Assembly: GCA_021731405.1 (NCBI GenBank)
Contig: JAKFXN010000001.1
Span: forward strand, 102,343 to 166,342
Origin: Candidatus Parcubacteria bacterium
Lineage (GTDB): Bacteria > Patescibacteriota > Minisyncoccia > Phycocordibacterales > UBA918
Direction of reading: 5' to 3'
Length of the DNA stretch: 64,000 nucleotides
The position numbers and the translations under genes were made by a program. How positions within the stretch are numbered: position 1 is the first letter of the stretch; each line of letters begins with the position of its first letter. The notes beneath the pieces are model-generated. The model searched no databases. It worked only from the letters and a program-made list of their open reading frames with translations, and was not told the DNA's origin. Shown one piece after another: positions 59,954-64,000 of this stretch.

Positions 59954-61345
59954 TTATGTCTCTTCTATGGTTGGAACGACGTCGACTCGGCTTTCGCCCG
60001 TAGCAGTCGGAACACCCGGTATAGCTGGGTTTGCTTCACAAGTGACTGAAATTACTTGGGTTGATGTAAGTGGCCTTGTTGGATAAGTGTGGACTGATGT
60101 ATTAGAGCTTGTTGGAGTATGGGTAAAAGCAATTGGTGAACCGAGAACGCCATAGATCATACATGAGGCTCCGTACGCAGCAGTAACTTCAGTAGTAGTT
60201 ACAACAGTATCACCACTTCGAATCAATTCTTTATCAACACTCACCCGAATCTGCGGTGCTGGTGGCGGTGGATTGTTGCAAGAAGAACCATTCCAAACTA
60301 AGCCTGACCCACAAGTTACGGTGAGGTTGGTACTAGCCAAACTTACACCCGCGTTACGAGCATAAATGGTGTTAACTCCATACAGCAAGTTGATGTTTTC
60401 ATCGGTGCCACTTGGACTGATTGAATAGGTTGTGCCGTTGCCATTGTATACATTTGGGCTACTCGCGTTACTGATATTCCAAGTTGCGGTACCCGCACAC
60501 CTATTTTCCCCTAATGTCTCAATAGTACAGCCAGAGCCAGAGATAGTAGCGGTAGGAGAAACACATTTGTTGCCGTCCCAACTCAGTCCAGTCGCACAAG
60601 AAGTGGTGAGCATCGTCGAAGCTAAGACCGTACCCGAATTTTGAGCAGACACAGTGCTTTGGCCATACGGCAGACTAATAGCTACTCCATTCCCCATAGG
60701 GCTATTTGAATATACCGCACCGGTACTATTTACCAAGACTGGTGACGTCGCGTTTGTGATGCTCCAGGTTGCTGTACCCATACAGCTATTTGCTCCCGCA
60801 GCAATCTGACAGCCAGAGCCAGAAAGTATGGCTGAAGCTGGCGGTAGCGGCGGAGCAACGGTGATAGTAATGCTTCTGGTGGTACAGACATGCGCAACAT
60901 AATACGTACACACATTCATAGAGACATTATAGGTGCCGGGTGTAGTAGGAGCGATAAACGTAGCTGAGGGATACTGGGTGGTATATCCACCAATAGCAGC
61001 GCTCGCCATGACGCTAGACTGACTGCCGAGACTTCCAATTACGTCATACAAAATCGCGATATTGCTACACAGGTAGTTATAGACCGCCATCGAGAGGGTG
61101 ACTGTTTCCCCAGGCTGATAGGTGGTTTTATTGGTATTAGCCGTCACATTGAGCAAGGTGCCAGTATCTTCAGGGAAACACCAGCTACCTGAGTCGTCTC
61201 CTCCACAAGATATATATGTCCCCGAGTGCGCCCAACTGATCGCTTCTGCACTTGGTACAGCTGTCGTAAAGCAAAGAAGCGCAAAAGTAGCTACCAAAAA
61301 TAACTGCAGGGCTTTTGGTACTGAAGGTGTGACGAAGTAATACAT
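59954..61345 (-). CDS. Secreted Cys-repeat protein with conserved C-terminal domain (operon gene 2)
   Basis: Signal peptide; two ~95-aa tandem repeats (SGSGC...AGTATW.I.NA.SP...); C-terminus ...YPTRPLTSTQVISVTC...VDVVPTIEET paralogous to gene 54721-56085. Confidence 0.5.
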   Translation of the reverse strand: MYYFVTPSVPKALQLFLVATFALLCFTTAVPSAEAISWAHSGTYISCGGDDSGSWCFPEDTGTLLNVTANTNKTTYQPGETVTLSMAVYNYLCSNIAILYDVIGSLGSQSSVMASAAIGGYTTQYPSATFIAPTTPGTYNVSMNVCTYYVAHVCTTRSITITVAPPLPPASAILSGSGCQIAAGANSCMGTATWSITNATSPVLVNSTGAVYSNSPMGNGVAISLPYGQSTVSAQNSGTVLASTMLTTSCATGLSWDGNKCVSPTATISGSGCTIETLGENRCAGTATWNISNASSPNVYNGNGTTYSISPSGTDENINLLYGVNTIYARNAGVSLASTNLTVTCGSGLVWNGSSCNNPPPPAPQIRVSVDKELIRSGDTVVTTTEVTAAYGASCMIYGVLGSPIAFTHTPTSSNTSVHTYPTRPLTSTQVISVTCEANPAIPGVPTATGESRVDVVPTIEET

Positions 61346-61372
61346 GGTGTTGATACTAATGAAATAAAGAAC

Positions 61373-62722
61373 TTACGCAGATGGCTGTCCAGTTTCTGCA
61401 GCTTTTTTACGACGGCCAAGTACCACCAAAATGGTAGCCAATGAGACAGAAAAAGCGATAAGGGTCACGAGCATCAGTGCATTATGAGCGCCTTTCCTAC
61501 TCGTTGATGGTTTCACTTCTGGTGTCACCGCCCCTTCCCCTGTCACTGTAATAGAACGGGTATCAAGCACCGTACCATCTTTTGTAGTGAGCGTTAGACT
61601 AGCCGTTGGCTTATCACAATCAACAAGTGCCTCAGTAGAGACGCTTACCATTGCTTCTGTAAGCGAAAGAGACTCCTTGGCACAAAGCATTCCGTTTGCG
61701 TCAACAATTTCTATGGTTGCTCCAACATCAGCTGCCACACTTCCACCCGACCTTGAATCTTCAAAACTGTCTGCGGCTCGTGTCCAAAAGAAATCAAATT
61801 TGATTGGCTCCCCTGCAACATATGAAGTCTTATCAAAAGACATATTTTGAATCGTTGCACTCACCCCCTGAAGTACATAGTGGGCTACCAAACGATTTGA
61901 GACGATACTACGACTAGTCGTATCAGTGAGTGTGAGGGCAACATCATACGCTTGTGGCACAAGTGCTTTTGGAATAACAAAAGAAAGTGTTGTCTCTGCT
62001 CCGCCCTCAATAGTGACTGATTCACTTTCTGGATAGCTCATTGTCACTTTGTCTCCAAAGACAGTGCGGCGGTAGGTTTCAAATTGCGGAACAATAGTTC
62101 GTGGAGCAGCGTCGTGATTTTTTACCACACAGTCTAATACCAGCTCCTCAGTCGAAGCCACGTCTACCCCTTGGTTGAGCATATAGGTCCCTTCCAAACC
62201 AGTGACTGCGAGTCTGCAGGAGTCAGCTTTAATTTCAAGAACATTTGCAGACAAAATTTGTATACTGCCCGCATTCCCAAGACCAAGCAAAACTCCTCCG
62301 GCGGTTCTAGCTGTAATCCAAACACTGTATGTACCTGGTGCTACACCAGAAAGTGGATAATTCACTACTTTGCTCAAGCTCTGTCCGGCAGACAGTGTAA
62401 GTGTCTCGCGACCAACAAAACTATCAGCTACGACCTGCGCGCCACCATCGAGATTCACCATAAGCTCCACACCATACTTAATATCAAACTGTGGTGTCTC
62501 ACCTTGATTTTCAAGCGTAAATTCAAGAGTAAGCGCGGAGGCATTTTGACTCAAAATAGTAGCGTTTGAAAGATTGATGTTCGCAACAAGCTCACCTTCT
62601 ACTGTGATGTCGGGAACGGAACCTCCTTCCTGCGCAAAAGCAAAAACAGGTACCAGCAAAAAGAGCACAAGAAAAAGTATCCTCTGCTGAAGCGTTAAAA
62701 AAGAACGAGTTATAAAAAACAT
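61373..62722 (-). CDS. Surface protein with CARDB/Ig-like repeats and C-terminal TM anchor (operon gene 1)
   Basis: Signal peptide ...AFAQEG; TLTLSAGQSLSKVVNYPLSGVAPGTYSVWITA (CARDB-like); C-terminal TM plus RRKK. Confidence 0.5.
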   Translation of the reverse strand: MFFITRSFLTLQQRILFLVLFLLVPVFAFAQEGGSVPDITVEGELVANINLSNATILSQNASALTLEFTLENQGETPQFDIKYGVELMVNLDGGAQVVADSFVGRETLTLSAGQSLSKVVNYPLSGVAPGTYSVWITARTAGGVLLGLGNAGSIQILSANVLEIKADSCRLAVTGLEGTYMLNQGVDVASTEELVLDCVVKNHDAAPRTIVPQFETYRRTVFGDKVTMSYPESESVTIEGGAETTLSFVIPKALVPQAYDVALTLTDTTSRSIVSNRLVAHYVLQGVSATIQNMSFDKTSYVAGEPIKFDFFWTRAADSFEDSRSGGSVAADVGATIEIVDANGMLCAKESLSLTEAMVSVSTEALVDCDKPTASLTLTTKDGTVLDTRSITVTGEGAVTPEVKPSTSRKGAHNALMLVTLIAFSVSLATILVVLGRRKKAAETGQPSA

Positions 62723-62805
62723 ACGAACAACCTAATTGGTAACTTACTATAAGAATACCATTTTAAAATCATGAACGGATTAAGAAATATACACATTCTA
62801 AAAAG

Positions 62806-62835
62806 AAAAAGCAGCTGCGAAGGCAGCTGCTTTTT
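62806..62835 (-). terminator. Intrinsic terminator gcagctgc-gaag-gcagctgc flanked by A5/T5
   Basis: Immediately downstream of Zn-ribbon ORF on minus strand; U-tract in minus sense. Confidence 0.6.
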
Positions 62836-62851
62836 ATATCCGGCACAGCCA

Positions 62852-63064
62852 TCACTCATACAGAGCAAGCTCCCGAACCTGTCTCTGGATTTTAGCCACT
62901 TCTTCTTTTGAGCGGACGTACTGGGGACATTCCCAAAACGAGCAGTAATATCCAGAGAGGGTGTGATTAAGCTTCTCTTGGTCTCCTTCGGGAAGGTTTT
63001 TTCCCTTGAAGATATGGACGGATTCTTTCCATCCACAATCCACGCACTTGTATGCCAAAGCCAT
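62852..63064 (-). CDS. Small zinc-ribbon-like protein (4 Cys)
   Basis: 70 aa, CVDC...CSFWEC; strong SD AAGGAGA 6 nt upstream; ~235-nt structured leader. Confidence 0.45.
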   Translation of the reverse strand: MALAYKCVDCGWKESVHIFKGKNLPEGDQEKLNHTLSGYYCSFWECPQYVRSKEEVAKIQRQVRELALYE

Positions 63065-63300
63065 GATAAGTCTCCTTGTGGTTACAAACTAAACAAACAC
63101 TACCACAAATTCCCAAACCCGCTAGTTCTATACAGGTCAAATTAAAACGACGTAAGTGTTGGCGTGAGAAATGGGATGGGACCCATTTCGCAAGACTCAT
63201 TGAGGACTTTTCGAGCTTGCGAAGGAAAGGTCCAATGAGTGGACAGCGCCTGTAAGGCGGACCTACTCGCAAACGGTAGGCGCAAACGTCAGTTTGCACT

Positions 63301-63345
63301 CCTAAGAAAAACCACTAGTCATTATGACTAGTGGTTTTTCTTAGG
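63301..63345. repeat. 45-nt near-perfect palindrome (cctaagaaaaaccactagtcat/atgactagtggtttttcttagg) downstream of 5S rRNA
   Basis: ~20-bp stem centred on ACTAGT; no flanking U-tract. Confidence 0.6.
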
Positions 63346-63361
63346 AGTATTAAAAACTTAA

Positions 63362-63477
63362 TGTTGGCGCCTACCTACTCTTCCCCTTACGGAGTACCAT
63401 CGGCGATGAAAGGCTTAACTTCCGTGTTCGGAATGAGAACGGGTGTACCCCCTTCGCTAAAGCACCAACATTAAATT
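63362..63477 (-). rRNA. rrf: 5S rRNA
   Basis: Minus-sense ...CCCGTTCTCATTCCGAACACGGAAGTTAAGC...GCCGATGGTACT...GAGTAGGTAGGCGCCAACAT; terminal helix AATGTTGGTGC/GCGCCAACATT. Confidence 0.8.
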
Positions 63478-63551
63478 TTCAATAACTAGATATCGTCATC
63501 TATTGCGTGAAATGAACCCCATTTGTAATACCTTAGTACACAAATGAGGTG

Positions 63552-63628
63552 TGGTTGGAGTGGCTAGAATCGAACTAGCGACCTCTGGATTTGGAATCCA
63601 GCGCTCTTCCGGACTGAGCTACACCCCG
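63552..63628 (-). tRNA. tRNA-Trp (anticodon CCA), CCA-encoded
   Basis: Minus-sense cloverleaf: anticodon arm CTGGA-TTCCAAA-TCCAG, T-arm GCTAG-TTCGATT-CTAGC, 3' CCA; 1:72 appears to be a C.A mismatch; sits between 23S and 5S. Confidence 0.7.
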
Positions 63629-63794
63629 TTAACCATTTCACGCAATACATGCGTCGCATATTCTATTTTTTTGTAGGTTCAAAACATTTACTCAAAACTG
63701 TACAGCTTTGTAAACATGTCAGGAACATTACCTATCACATACTTTTCGTACTACATTTCTGCAATACATATGAATCGATATGCAATGTTCCTTA

Positions 63795-64000
<206 letters not shown>

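Noticed and set aside
63301-63345. The 45-nt palindrome after 5S as a rho-independent terminator
   Set aside because: No U-tract on either side; retained only as an unexplained palindrome or processing site

Overview
This 64-kb window looks like a Candidate Phyla Radiation (CPR/Patescibacteria)-type bacterium. The 16S has the non-canonical 515 site GTGCCAGCAGGAGCGGTAA and a shortened helix 44, native genes lack Shine-Dalgarno motifs, and 16S is unlinked from 23S-tRNA-5S. GC content below is judged by eye, not computed.

Content, left to right:
- 0-21 kb (GC ~40%): a large cell-surface glycan locus. It holds a GDPD-like esterase fragment, two LicC-like nucleotidyltransferases, a GtrA/GT2/GT-C glycosylation triad, a Wzx flippase, about seven GT2/GT4/GT-A glycosyltransferases, a GT11 fucosyltransferase, five SAM methyltransferases, a sulfotransferase-like gene and an epimerase/dehydratase.
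- 21-34 kb: a YvcK/CofD-like gene, a lamin-tail/PKD surface protein co-oriented with a soluble T4SS coupling-protein-like ATPase, a cell-wall remodelling cluster (Ldt-like::DD-carboxypeptidase fusion, GHL10-like hydrolase), then rsmI, murC and murD.
- 34-43 kb: tRNA-Ile, then duplicated small membrane-protein genes with twin consensus promoters, a VirB2/TrbC-like pilin gene, a solo 16S rRNA, and a ~4.5-kb high-GC (~58-60%) island of five envelope/secreted genes that all carry strong Shine-Dalgarno sites.
- 43-54 kb: housekeeping genes (pyrH, TrpR/YerC-like regulator, secDF, folD, galE-like, WbaP-like sugar transferase, GT4, ftsW/rodA).
- 54.7-62.7 kb: a six-gene minus-strand operon of secreted/surface proteins (CARDB-like, Cys-repeat, VWA, FN3). 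Two of them share a conserved C-terminal domain.
- 62.8-64 kb: a Zn-ribbon ORF, a long palindrome, 5S rRNA, tRNA-Trp and the 3' end of 23S rRNA.

The candidate novel elements are the high-GC SD-bearing island, the secreted-protein operon, and the T4CP/LTD/pilin components.
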